Positions 25,204 through 38,145 of a stretch of DNA of 64,000 bases are shown here, one piece after another. The notes under the pieces were generated by a model. That model was not told where the DNA came from. It saw only the letters and a program-made list of their open reading frames with translations, and ran no database searches. The number at the start of each line of letters is the position of its first letter. Position 1 is the stretch's first letter. Source of the DNA: Lepidodermella squamata (Eukaryota; Animalia; Gastrotricha); contig JBLDXI010000010.1 in assembly GCA_047495785.1 (NCBI GenBank), forward strand, positions 1,736,001 to 1,800,000, given 5' to 3'. The position numbers and the translations under genes are program-made.

Positions 25204-27323
25204 TAATTAGTGATGATGAATGTTTCAATTTCGTACACAGCTACAAGGCTGGGCTTTCAATTCGGATTTTTAAGCGACGGCAAGTTAGTTTTGAGGTATT
25301 ATGGTAAAGTTCAGGGTGCGAAGTACAGGGGTGCTGGGGTGTCACGACACTCCAGCTCGGTCTGGCGGGAGAAAATTTCAAAATTTAATTGGAGTTGTGA
25401 AATCCATTATAAAACCACAGTAATTAGAAAACACCCATTGTGAGGACGATGGATGCCCAGTTTTTAAGCATTTTCCGGCTATTCCTGACACTAAAATCGC
25501 CAAAAATATCGTCAGCTCAAGCTCGCTGCGCTCGCCTTCAGGTTTAAGGTTGTATATAGGAGATTATGCAAAGGTGGCTAATTCAAGGTTCGACTATCGA
25601 CCCTACAAGTAGTTGCGTAGAAACAATTTTTGGAACAATTGCCTTGCCATTTTGTGAGATTTCAGACCCTCCTTCGGGATGAAATAAAAAAAATTCCCCG
25701 CTTCAGATATGTAGCACTTTTTTCTCAATCCTGTCAGTTCCAGCATTGCTTATTAGCATCTTGAATTGATTGATACCAAAATGGAATTTGTCTTTCTCAA
25801 TTTTTGGATTTCGAGCTTGTAAGATAGAAGATAATTTTCAGGGCCGAAGGCCGATGAAAGGAAATAATACAATGGCGTGACCGGATAAAGGTCGGATTTT
25901 ATCTGCGGCCGGAGCAGTTGCTTGCCAGCCGGCAAGATGGCCGGCGGTAAAAACGTTTTTTTTTTAGAAATCCAGCGTTGCTAATGGATCTGGCGCAATC
26001 TATGATCAAGAACATTGCCGCGTCTAGCCAGGTTTTCAAATGTTTCCAAAACGGCAAATTTGACATTTTTCTTAGTTTCGAGAATTTGAGACGTGATGTA
26101 AGTAAAGAGCTCTTATTTGAGCCAAATAACAAAGTTGCCAGTGTTAGCAATAATGCGATAACGCGAGCGTTTCAAAACTAGCTCGAATTTCGCATTGCTA
26201 GGCGCAACGATTTCAGTAAATTGGCTTCCCTCTCAAAGGTGGTCATAATTTCTATGAGCTGGGCATGTTCGGCGAGGTACTAGTTGATGTTCACTTAAAG
26301 CAAAAATGTGAATAAAATGAGGTGAAAAAACTCGCGTAACTCAGTACCTGAAAATTAAAAGGCGTGCTCTAATAATGTCAGATCACTCGTTTTGATACTA
26401 AGCTCGTTTTTCACTCGTCTTCGTTTACTCGAGATTATAAAAAACGCGTTTTCTCGATTAGAATCAAAACTCGGTGTTCTAACATATATTAGAGCGCAAC
26501 AAATTCGCATGACCTGCGCCACCGCAAATAAATAAATGTTTGCCATTTGCAATAATTAACGTGTCGAAAAATAGATCGCAGGATCCATGATACTTTCATT
26601 GTCGTCGGCTACGTCTCCGCCTTCCACCATTTTTGCTTGCAGAGCTGGTTGAAGCGGGGTCGTTGGTCGCTTGACACTAGATTCAGGCGTCGAGTGTCTG
26701 GCCGCGTCCGACGTCTTACGAAGCCCGGCGAATGAAACACCTTTCGAGAAGTCGACGTCGATACGACCAGTCTCTCTTAAAAACTTTTGGATCATAGAAA
26801 CCACATTCATCAAGAGCTCCGTGCATATAGATCAGCCTGAGTCTGCTCATCACCATTAGGAGCGGGGGTACAGGTTTGCGAAGCTCCGTCACGAAGCTAA
26901 ACATCTGCTTATACATATAAAGCAGCAACATCCATTTCATGAAGCTCGGTCAGCGAAAATGTCAGATCTAAGAAAAAAAATCACTTTGCATGCCCTGATT
27001 CCAGTCCTGACGATTGTGTCCCCTACGCCAATTATAGAACAACCCAACACCATAAAGTTGGCATGCTGGCTGACCGGTTATCAGACCGGTGAATTATTGG
27101 TCGCGGTGAATTATCATCCGCGCGTTGTTGGGCCTCGCGTTTCCGACATTGAGCTTGAGATAAATAGTAGAATTTTATACCACTGTTGCTCATATCCTAA
27201 TGCTTTTCGTCCGATGTATCGGCAGTTTCTGACATATATGTGTGCTCGCTGTGGACCACCCGTATCTGATCCCAGCCATTTAGCTCGGATATGCCATATA
27301 CCCAGACCTTTTTTGTTTTTGTG

Positions 27324-28430
27324 ACGTGAGCGGGCGTTGAACCCGATGCTCGCTGTCTTTTAGCACAAGGCTAAACAACTAGACAACGACGACACGCACA
27401 AATGTTTATCTAAAAGTAGCTTATGAGCTTAAAACCATTTTCAAAGCGAAAAATAAAGAAGAGCTCGCACCAGGCATCGAACCAATGATTCCCTGTAACC
27501 TAAGCAGCATTCCAACCACTAGACAACAAGGGCTGGATAAATCAAGATGCTCAATTTTGGTATTTTAGTGGATTCAGAAAAGCTATTGATAATAGTTTTG
27601 CGGTCACCAGTGGCCCATGAAAGGTTGCTGATGCTTTTAACAGTAGCTTCACACGTTCGATTCCTGGTGGTGCACGGTTTTTTATTTATTAGTTTTTCTC
27701 AATTTTTTCATCATTGAAAGTTCGGTTGAATTCATTAGTGAACTGGACCAAAATTATAGGTAAAAAGACCAATTACCTACACGAAAACCATCAGGACATG
27801 AGCAACAACGTGGAATAAATACACAAACCGCCTGTCCACACGTGTCATGCGAGTTGACGAGCAAAAAACTCGGAAGCCAGCTGCCACATAAACTTGACTC
27901 TCTCGTCTTCGCCTCGCGAGTCTCGTCTCCATGTGGCAGCTGCGCTGCCTCGTATTTGCTCGTAAACTCGCATATCCATTATGACCACGCGGTTTGTCTA
28001 TCACTATACTCATACTCATACTCATATTTTTATGCAAGTTGCCTTTGGACATTTAGAATTTGATATCAGACATCATCACAAGGCTTATGAGTCAACTATT
28101 CCCATGATTGATGGTCGAACCATGGTCCCCAGGCTTTGCTTGCTGAGTAGCCATATCTTGATTGCCTGTGTGTGTGATTGCCTGGCGTCCCACACCGGTA
28201 GGGAGGAAATCGCGGTCTCGAGTGGATTTGCTTGGCGGTGTTACCAGCAGGTACGCACACGAGGATTGTGCCCTTGGCTCCGTAGTCGGCGATACGTCTT
28301 CCTGACAGCTTGATTTGCGGTCCCAGAAACGCCGCATTCAATGCGTAGAAGAATGATTGGTGTTGCGGTTCTGGGGATTGAACCCGTGCCTTTTCGCCGC
28401 CAGTGAGGTGCTTGGACCGCTCGACCACTT
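27324..28430. repeat. Cluster of degenerate tRNA-like (SINE-type, A/B-box) sequences at about 27324-27388(-), 27468-27527(-), 27600-27675(+) and 28360-28430(-)
   Basis: B-box-like GGTTCAACGCCC, GGTTCGATGCC, GTTCGATTCC and GGTTCAATCCC with A-box-like TGTCTAGT(T/G)G or TGGTCGAGCGG upstream. No convincing cloverleaf. Confidence 0.5.
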
Positions 28431-28984
28431 GCTCCCCTTGGCACACGCTGATTGGTCAGTCGATCGTTCCTATGACTCCCCGATGAAACTTCCATTGGTT
28501 TTTTTGCAAGTGTTTTTCGTCGCAACAGATTGCTACGATTAATACGGGGTTTACGCTCGTGGTCAATGGAAACAGAGAGTGTGCAGTTTGGCAAGGTCAT
28601 TTTTATATAAATATAAAATAATTTATTAGTGGATTGCATGACAGAAATGTTTCCCCGGTTCAAATTAAACTGACCAATCAGCACGCAGGTCAAAAGCTCA
28701 ACTTACTGCTTACTCAACTTCAACATACTAACCACAATGTATGTTGTTGTGATGTTCAAAAAAACCTCGATTTCTAACGCTCTCTTTTGGTCACAGATGG
28801 ACAGAAAATGTCTCCTTGAACCCAGGCTATAAAACCTGTTTAGCACATTCCGGAGCACAAGGATACGAAGTTACGCATTCCAAAGAGTTCTATGCGAAGA
28901 ATGGTAAAACAGCGTAGTAAAAAACGGAGAGCGTGCATTGATGAACTGTGAACTGAGCTTGAACTGTGGCTATCTGTCAAAGCA

Positions 28985-29400
28985 GTGGAAGATCGCCATC
29001 ATCACGCCCATCCTCGAAGAGGGAAAGACAGCTCGCTTTCCAGGGAAACGGTATTTTATCATTTGAAAGTATCATATTACACCTGTAACCTGCCCTACTG
29101 TTATAAGGTCGCAGTCAAAGTAGATTCAGAGGTCTCAGATTCTTTCTATGTAAATAGGGGTTAAGGCAAGGCTGCCCGCTGTCCCCCTTGCTCTTCATTG
29201 CCACCTTCAATAAAATCTGCCAAATATTGGCCGACGAAAAACTAGGATATCCTATTAAAAACACTGATTAAAAATAGTGGACTATATTCCAAACATTGTA
29301 TCAGACTTGCACTTTGCGGAGGCTTGATAGAAGTTTGCCGTATTATTGAAAAACTGCGCCTGAGGTATTTTAGGCAGCGCGCTAAACAGAAGAAGAAAAA
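28985..29400 (+). mobile_element. Degenerate non-LTR retrotransposon reverse transcriptase fragments
   Basis: WKIAIITPILEEGK and VKVDSEVSDSFYVNRG/LRQGCPLSPLLF motifs with a frameshift. Confidence 0.75.
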
Positions 29401-29493
29401 ACATGGTGAAAAACATGAATTCCAAATGAAAATTATTCCTGAAGTTTAATTGACTGAATTATTATCATTTGACCGAGACGAATGGCGCATGAT

Positions 29494-30389
29494 CAGGGTA
29501 TTATACCGACCGGTTTTTATTCTAAAAAAACCGCCTACCGGTTTAAACCGATTTATACCGGTAATAAACACCGGTTTTTAATGAATTTCAATAATTGAAG
29601 GATTTGACAAAAGGAGAGTCGAACAACTCAAATACCTTAGCTTCCATTGAATTTTCGAGTGCACCACGTTAATCTACGCAGAAAACTGCATAGTTAGATG
29701 TGTTACACGACTATTTTCATGAAAATTAGATTAAATGCAATAAAGCAATAAAAATTAAAAAAAGAGCTAATTATCTCCAGATCTGTGATAGCTATGAAAA
29801 TTCTGGAAACGGGAATGAGTTCCCCGTGCAAACTTTACCCCTCCGGGGTTTCTAAGGGGGATTTTGCCATCAAAAGACGCGGTTTTGCCGATTCCTTTGA
29901 AAAAATTTTTTTTTACAATATTCCTATCAACAATTAAAAAACCGGAACTGAATTTTGATTTTGCGATATTTTCGTTAGTTTTGCGAATTATGTAAAGAAA
30001 TTTGAGTTCTAGGGGTAATCCGAGGCGCTGAACACGCTGAGCGCATCTGTTTTTACACTGGAAGTATCGGTTATCGAATATCGATTATCGATTATACAGT
30101 GAGTGATTGATTTTTGTTCGAATTTTGCCGAATCTTACTTGGCAAATGAACCTTCACGCTAAGAATAAAAGCTGATTATCATTACTAATGCAACTCCTGA
30201 TCTTGTAGCTCAATTTTTGCCAACACTTCCAACTAGGAAGACATATTCCTGGTGATGTATTGCCATCTAACCGTCGGATTTGTCGGTTTACTTAAAACCG
30301 CGGTTTTTATTGAACTTGAAAAAAACCGGTTTATACCGGCACCGGTGTAAACTGGTAGGAACTGGTTTGAGTTTAAACCGAATACCCTG
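29494..30389. mobile_element. Non-autonomous hAT-like DNA transposon (896 bp)
   Basis: TIR cagggtatt / aataccctg, exact 8-bp TSD cgcatgat (29486-29493 and 30390-30397), subterminal ACCGGT repeats. Confidence 0.85.
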
Positions 30390-30920
30390 CGCATGATAAT
30401 TACGAATTCATGGGGAAAATATTCAACTGTGGGGGTGGGTGATTTCCATCTTTCGCCTGCCTCCGCGTTCTCCAAAACCGGAAACGGTATGGACTGTCGA
30501 GGAGAGGATAAATAAAGCAATTATTATATCTAATCAAAGTGTTCCAAGTTTTTTGCGCCAAGTTTTAAAATTTGAGAAGATGAACTTTGCCCCTTATTAG
30601 TCTGACTTCAATTTTTCCGTCCGAACAACTCTTAGTGCGGCGTACAATCTACGTCACATTCAGGAGCGATTCATGTGGGCGAGTCTGCTGCTTCCAGTCA
30701 TAGCCACCAAACTTTCATTCTAGAGAATTATATGCTCACGAAATGAAATCCAGCAATGCATTCTATTGACATTTCTGTCATTTCCCAAGCTTGAACACGA
30801 AGCCATATATTTAATAAAAACAGCAGAACACTGCAATCGAAAAAGCTTGATGTCAATATCCGCGATAAATCTACATGACCTCTACGTTTGAGATGGATTT
30901 ATTCCTTATTGTAATTTGAA

Positions 30921-32172
30921 ATGTCACTTTGTTTTTTCGCTTTTCTGCTCTTCGCGGATGTGACTCTTTCCAAGCAAGCCGTTCGCAAATTCAAGGCAAA
31001 TGAATTACTTCCAAGGGATGAAGTCTGCAAAAACCTGCAAACGTTCTGTCCTTATCTTCGAAATACCGACGCTGAACCTATGCTCAACAATTCGAGAGTT
31101 GCAGTAGTTGTTCAACTCATGCCAATTTCATTCATCGGTCTCAGCGATACCGAGCAATTCTTCTCACTGCAAGCCGAAGTTACCCTTACGTGGCAGCTTC
31201 CTGATTGTGCTAAATGGATTTCGTCTTCGGCGGGATACTGCTCCTATCGGGTGAAGGATGAAATTTGGGTGCCACAAATAGAGCACAGCAATCGGGTCGG
31301 CAACATCGATCCATTCTTATGGTAATCTAATACTGCTAAAAGTTCTCATTGTTTTGATTGTTTATTCCTTCTAGGCCGGATGAGAAAAAGGTAGTTATAA
31401 ACCGTAAAGGACACGCCGTGCTGAGAGTCATTTCAAATTTCGATTCGACCTGTTTCCTCCGATTCAAAAAGTGATTTGCAATGAATGACTGAAATGTATG
31501 AGGAACAATATTCCTCCATATTGCAGATTCCCATTCGATACCCAAGTTTGTTCGATAGACGTTGCACTTGAACATTTCCAGAGATATGCGGCTCTTTTCA
31601 GACGTACACATCTCGGAACCAGAGATCCGTTCACAGGGGAGACGGAATTTGGAATACAGGAATTCTCTGATGTAGATGTTTGGCGCCTGGTAGGGAAGAA
31701 TGCTACACGCCAGGACTCGGATGCGTTGGTTAAATTCAGCTTCATCATGACCCGCAAAGTTGAGAACTACATCACGACTATAATTTTACCAATGATCCTG
31801 CTGAAAATTCTTCAACTATCTGTATTCGCACTGCCCGCCGATATGTCAGACAGGTCGGGCCTTTCACTTACTGTGTTTCTGTCATCATCTATGCTGATGA
31901 CTGTGATTAGTGACAATATTCCAGACACTGCAGAAATCATCTGGCTGGAGCTGAATTTCGCTGTTCAGATTTCCATCGGAGTTCTCGTCTCGATTTATTG
32001 CCTTGTGACTTGTCGACTGACGAACGGCGACAAGTCGGAAAGTTACTCAAAGGTTGTTTCTACCAGATGGAACTTGCGAAAGATCGATCTAATAGATGGC
32101 ATCGCGTTTTCCACGACGCTAATTATCTGTTTGTTATTTGACACCGCGACTTGTTTTATGATTTATCCATGA
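30921..32172 (+). CDS. Cys-loop channel subunit A6, A1-type (exons 30921-31321, 31375-31470, 31527-32172; 380 aa)
   Basis: Signal peptide, Cys-loop CFLRFKKFPFDTQVC, four TM. Upstream region is homologous to that of A1. Confidence 0.9.
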
Positions 32173-32499
32173 CCTATGGCTATTGACATTGACTGTATTA
32201 TCGTTCTATTCCTATTTCCTGTTCATGGATTGCTTTGTGTGAACTTAACATTAAACATTAATAATGATTTACAATCGCAGAGTTTTTTGAGCGGATAAAC
32301 TATACCCCTTTCATCCCATCAGTGATCAATGTCGAGCTCTTCAAAATATTTTTCTATGACCTAGGAACGAAACGAAAACGAAAATTGTTTCTATTTGTAG
32401 ACATGCAAATTGAATTTGAACAATAAAAATACATGTCAGACAAGTCGCCGGCTAATAGAGGACACGCGATTGTCTAAGACAGATCGCGGATGATACTAT

Positions 32500-32830
32500 T
32501 GGGGAGGCAGAAAGGAAGGATTTAAGGTTTTAACGTTGAGCATCGCACGCATGCGATTGTTCTGGAGGACGTCAAGGCGGCGTAACTGTTGCTTTGCAGC
32601 GGACGAAAAGACGACGCAGCCGAAAGAGGCGTTCGAGCGTTCGAGCGGACGAGCGGACGATTTGACCGTCCTCGGTACCGGTATTACTTTTTCGGAGGCT
32701 GAGTCGCGGGTGCAGGCGGATATTGACCGTGTGTCTTCGTGGGCTCGTCTCTGGCGCCAGCAGTTCAACGCCTCCAAAAGTGACGCTCTCGCATTCAAGC
32801 GGCAACCACAAGCTACTTATTCGGCTGATA
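32500..32830. mobile_element. LINE ORF2 fragment with internal inversion
   Basis: The + strand gives ADDLTVLGTG...DIDRVSSWARLWRQQFNASKS (RT core end). The - strand gives FSSAAKQQLRRLDVLQNNRMRAML, the same family as 59000-59350. Confidence 0.75.
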
Positions 32831-33426
32831 TAATGACGAACCGATGACGGAACTATATCTCACATTTTCAGACCATTTTTCTCATACAGTAGGCTTGGAA
32901 GCGCAGTTGCCGAAACGACCCCAACATCCCAGTGGGCTGGAAACAAAACTTCCGATCATTCATTGTCTCAATAAAGCTCAAAGCTGAATGCAGACATTGG
33001 TTACATTTCGGATTATTTTCAACACTATGATCTAGGATGACATTTGACAAACGAAATTCACCGACTACAATTAGACCTCATCTGCATTTAGCCCTCAGTT
33101 TGTAGATGCTTTGATAAAATGAGCCCCGCGCTCTTTTTTCGGATTACTTTATAACCCTGAACCAAACACTGAACAAAGTCTCAGCAAGCTCGTGGCAACG
33201 TCTCAGGCGAAAATGCCTTGCTTTTCAATGCGAATTTTTGGTGCAAAACTTCTCTAATTCAGACTTTTCGGAAGAATTTTGCTACATTTAGAGATGAAAG
33301 AACTTCTTTGGGTATTTCAGTAGCCATGCACCGCGAGTTTGAATCTTTTAATTAAAAAACCTGACAATATCCGACATGCAAACTATATAAGCTCAACCGC
33401 CAGTTTGGCATGCGTTATAATAAAAA

Positions 33427-34695
33427 ATGTTGCGTTCTTTTTCCGCTTTTCTGCTCTTTGCAGGTGCGACTTCTAGCTTCGATTCGTCTCACGTATTTGA
33501 AGCGAATGAATTGCATCCATATGATAAATTCTGTAAAAATTTGCAAACTTTTTGTCCGTACCTTCGAAGTACTGACGCTGAACCTTCGCTGAACCGTTTG
33601 AGAGTCTACGCAATCATTCGACTCACGCGGATTACATTCATCGGTCTTAGCGATACCGAGCAACGCTTTTCGATTCAAGCAGAAGTTTACCTTCAGTGGC
33701 AGCTTCCTGATTGTGCCAAATGGGAGAAAATCAGAATGAATTCGACAGCTCCGCGGTACTGCTACTTTCGTGTGAAGGACGAAATTTGGGTGCCTCGCAT
33801 TGTACACGGCAATAGGGTTGGCAACAACAATCCATTTTTATGGTAATTGCTTTCTGAAAAAGTACTGTATCTCTTTGTTACAGCTTTGTCTTACCAAGGG
33901 CGGATCAAAAAGAGGCATTTTTGTTTTCCAACGGTGGCTCTGCGCTGACTTACAACGCTAAATTCGATTCGACTTGTTTATTGAAATTGAAAAAGTGAGC
34001 TCATTTAAATGAATGCGCTGAATCAATCTGAAATATCTCCATTTGGAAGATTCCCATTCGATACCCAAGTTTGCTCCATAGACATAACAATTGACAAATA
34101 TCAGAGATATTCAATTAAATTTGTCGACCTGGGCTTTCATGGAAATAGCCCGGTCACTGGCGAGAAAGAACCTGAGATTCAGGATTTCTCTGACGTGGAT
34201 GTTTGGCGCTTGGTAGGAAAAAATGCAACGTCTCACAACGCCGAATCTATGGTTAAATTCAGCTTCATCATAACCCGTAAAGCCGAATGCTACATTACCA
34301 CCATCCTGTTACCGATGATCTTGCTTAAAGCTCTTCAACTATCAGTATTCGCTCTACCTGCTAACATGTCTGATAGATCTGTGTTCTCGCTAACTGTTTT
34401 CCTTTCTTCATTCTTCATGATGACAGTGATTACAGAGAACATTCCTGATACTGCAGAAATCATATGGCTGGAGGTCAATTTCGCTGTTCAGATTTCTATC
34501 GGAGTGCTCGTTTCGATTTATTGCCTGGTCACTTGTCAACTTACCAACTGCGTTGAATCGGAAAAGTACCAAGAGGCTAAATACACCAGATGGAAATTGC
34601 GAAAGATCGATTTAATGGATGGAATGGCGTTTGCCACAACGCTGATGCTTTGCTTGCTGTGCGACACCGCGACCTTTTTCATGATTTACCTTTGA
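33427..34695 (+). CDS. Cys-loop channel subunit A7, A3/A5-type (exons 33427-33842, 33899-33994, 34050-34695; 385 aa)
   Basis: Cys-loop CLLKLKKFPFDTQVC, four TM, conserved introns. Confidence 0.9.
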
Positions 34696-35468
34696 ATATA
34701 GTTTGATTTCTATTAAATGATAACTTTTAGATGTAAAATTTAATGATCCCAGAAATTCTCTGCTGTTTACTTTTGTGTGTGTCGCGTGCAGCTAAAGATC
34801 ACAATATAAATTCAGATTATTTTGGTTTCGCTTGAGGGAGAGAACAATTAATTTTATGTGTCGAATAAATCGGATGTGTCGATGTGATTTATTTGGGCTG
34901 ATTTAGGCGTTCTGAACCCGGTTTCTGCTCAATTGATGCCGCCAACACCTGGATACATCGTGTTTCTCTCACCAGCTTCAAACAAACAGATTAACCTTAA
35001 CGGCTTGTTAACATAAAATAACATAAAAATAGCTTCCGAGAGTTATGATTGACCATAAATATTCTGTTTCGCAGAAGCGTACCCGCATAATATGTTAATA
35101 ATGATAGTTAGCTTTTGAGGCAGGGTTCTCTAACGTTTTTCCCGTATATGACACAGTCGTTCTATAATGACAAAATTACAACAAAATGAGAATTTCACCC
35201 ACCGAGTTGTTAAAAAAAATTAGTTAAAAGAAAAGCCTGAATCCGATGTATTAAAGGACGCTAACGATATGTCGAAGAAGCACATGAGTCATTGGGATTT
35301 TTGAGATGCCTGCTCAATAACCAATCCTTGAAAAAAAATTCTATCGGACTGATCTTGCTTGAAAAGCGGAATTTTTATTAAAATCGTAACTGCGGCAAAC
35401 CCCTGAAAGTAATTTCCGGAATCTAACTATATAATGCAGTCGTCTGGAAAGCCCTGTTGCATTTTAAA

Positions 35469-36711
35469 ATGTTGCTTTCTGTTTTCGTTATTTCGCTCAT
35501 TGCAAATGCGTGTTCTTCTCAAATATACAAGGCCAATGAATTGCTTCCGGATGGAGCATTATGCAACAACATTCAAACTTTCTGCCCCTACCTTCGCAGT
35601 ACTACTGCTGAGCCTAGGTTCAACAACTTAAGAGTTCCCTTAGTCGTGCGCCTGCTGCCGATGTCTTTCATCGAACTTAGCGAAACCGAGCAAGTATTTT
35701 CAATGCAAGCCGAAGTGTCCCTTCAGTGGCCGCTTCCTGATTGCGCTGGATGGAATACGACCGGTCCGCTTTACTGCCGCTTTCGTGTGAAGGACGAAAT
35801 TTGGGTGCCTCGCATTGTGCACGGCAATAGGGTTGGCAATAATAATCCATTTCAATGGTATTTTGATTCGTTGCCTTTTTCCTGAATACTTAGTTCAAAT
35901 TATCATTCATAGGCCGGATCAGAAGAAGGTATTAGTGAAACGTGATGGAGACGCTTATTTGAGCGTAACATCTAAATTCGACTCCACCTGCTTCCTCAGA
36001 TTTAAAAAGTGAGCTCGCATATTGAATGAATGCATTGAATCGGCATTTATTTTTCTTTCTCAAAGATTCCCGTTCGATACCCAAGTTTGCTCCATAGACA
36101 TAGATACTGAAAAAATCCAGAAATATGCAATTAAATTCGAAAGCCCTGGTTTTGAATTTGAGAATCTGTTCACGAAAGAGATAGAATCTGGGATCCGAGA
36201 TTTCTCAGACGTGGATGTTTGGCGCTTGGTAGAAACAAACGCAACACTTCAGGACTCGGCTACTATGGTCAAATTTGCCTTCATAATTGCGCGGAAAGCA
36301 GAAGCCTACATTACAACCATCATTTTACCAATGGTCTTGCTTAAAGCTCTTCAACTGTCTGTATTCGCTCTACCTGCTAACATGTCTGATAGATCTGTTT
36401 TCTCGTTAACAGTTTTCCTTTCTTCATCGTTTATGATGACTGTGATTACAGAGAACATTCCTGATACTGCAGAAATCATCTGGCTGGAGTTAAATTTCGC
36501 TGTTCAGATTACTATCGGTGTGTTTGTTTCGATTTATTGCCTCGTCTCTTGTCGGCTGTCTAACGGCGTCAACTCCGATCCATCCCAAGAGGCTAGATTC
36601 ACCAGATGGCATTCGCGAATGATCGATTTGATGGATTGCATAGCGTTTGTCGCGACGTTGACTCTATGTTTGCTGTGCGACATCGCGACTTGTTTGCTTA
36701 TTTACTTTTAA
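35469..36711 (+). CDS. Cys-loop channel subunit A8, A4-type (exons 35469-35857, 35913-36008, 36066-36711; 376 aa)
   Basis: Cys-loop CFLRFKKFPFDTQVC, four TM, conserved introns. Confidence 0.9.
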
Positions 36712-37529
36712 CTTTATTGAGAATCCTCTTCACGTGTAATCGTGTTGCTTTGGTTGAAAGCCTACTCACAGAACTTCGGCGATGTTCGGCAGAAGAAAAT
36801 GGAAAAATAATATTTTTCCAATTTTTCGTAGCACATTCTTAGCTAGCAAAAGATATGGCCTTCTGAGATCGCAAGTAAAGATGAAAACCATGCTTACAAA
36901 TTGCATTTCGACATTATTTGATAAAAGCCAGCAGCAATTTTTCACTTTCTCTTGAAAATTCATAAGAGCCGAGCTGTTTTTTAATACTACGATGACTCCA
37001 GCTAGGATATTTCATTCAATGAGCCGTGTTCAGCCGGTTTTTCCTACATCAAAATAATTATCGGAAAAATATAATAAGAGTATAAGCACGGTTTGGTCAT
37101 TTTGGGTCGTTGACATAGACAATGATGGTACATCATTGTCTATGGGTTCAGAAGAAGAAGACAGCGAAACATGTGAGCATCGTAACCGGCCTATATTGCG
37201 AGAGGTGCGCTAGGAGAAACTAAGCCTGACTTCTGCGCCTCAAGCATCAGTTTTTGAGATTCCATCAGATGTCGATAGCTAATAAAATTGGGTTTTTCTT
37301 TACATCGCTTTTTTCTGTCGTTTATACCCCATGCTCTCTTATAATATCGAATATTATTATATTATTATATCGATTGCCAGCTTATGCTAAACTCTTCTAT
37401 AGAATCTATAGATGTTGAATCTTCGGCTCCGAGCAGGCGGAAAATTATCTGAAGCAACAAGTGAAGAAAATCAGTAACACTAGAACTACAGAACTCTGAT
37501 TGGGATGGGTTTTTAACTCGTCAAATTTG

Positions 37530-38145
37530 ATAGCACTCGCACCGTTACAACCATTATCCGAAACTACGGCACTGCTACGGCTACCGCTACGGGGAGCCAT
37601 TTCGGCGCCGTAGCATTTTTAAAATTCGCCAAGACTTGAAATTTGCGCAATCTAACAAAACAGCATAGCCCAAATCGAGGACTGGCATTGGCCATTAACC
37701 TGCATATGAGCGGGACATGAAAGTTGAAGGTGTTGAAGGTTTCAAAACACGAAAAAATGTAGCGCTCCCATGGGTTCCCTGGGATCCCAGCTGATAGTTG
37801 AATACGCTGCACGCCTTTCACCACCTGGTCACCCTGGGTTCCAAAAGTTCCTCATACATAGCATTCTGGCTATTTTAGAGTTTAGTTTCCAGCCTGATTT
37901 CACGGGTTCTGGAGACTCAATTTCCCGAGTCACGTTGTCAATGATTTTCCATAAGACTTTTTCTTTTTTTAAATATCACTGCAACTGTATTTAGCGCACT
38001 TACTTGGGAAATATCCGATATATACATTCAGCCGATGATACTCAGCTGGATACATGCTGAATTTTAGAAATTTTTCTAGCCTCACTGTGTTTTACTTTTT
38101 TTGTCTTGTTCTCAGGTAGCCTACCTCTTAGGTAGCTGTAGGGAA
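37530..38145. mobile_element. Right-truncated copy of the TIR element at 62295-63331
   Basis: Same start atagcactcgcaccgt, CTACGG repeats, and shared internal blocks (ttccctgggatcccagct; caggtagcctacctctta). Confidence 0.75.

Noticed and set aside
25750-27320. Several short ORFs with splice-like signals
   Set aside because: Stops and frameshifts with no identifiable product; probably decayed transposon cargo.
27324-28430. Functional tRNA genes
   Set aside because: Acceptor and anticodon stems could not be folded convincingly; reported as tRNA-like repeats only.
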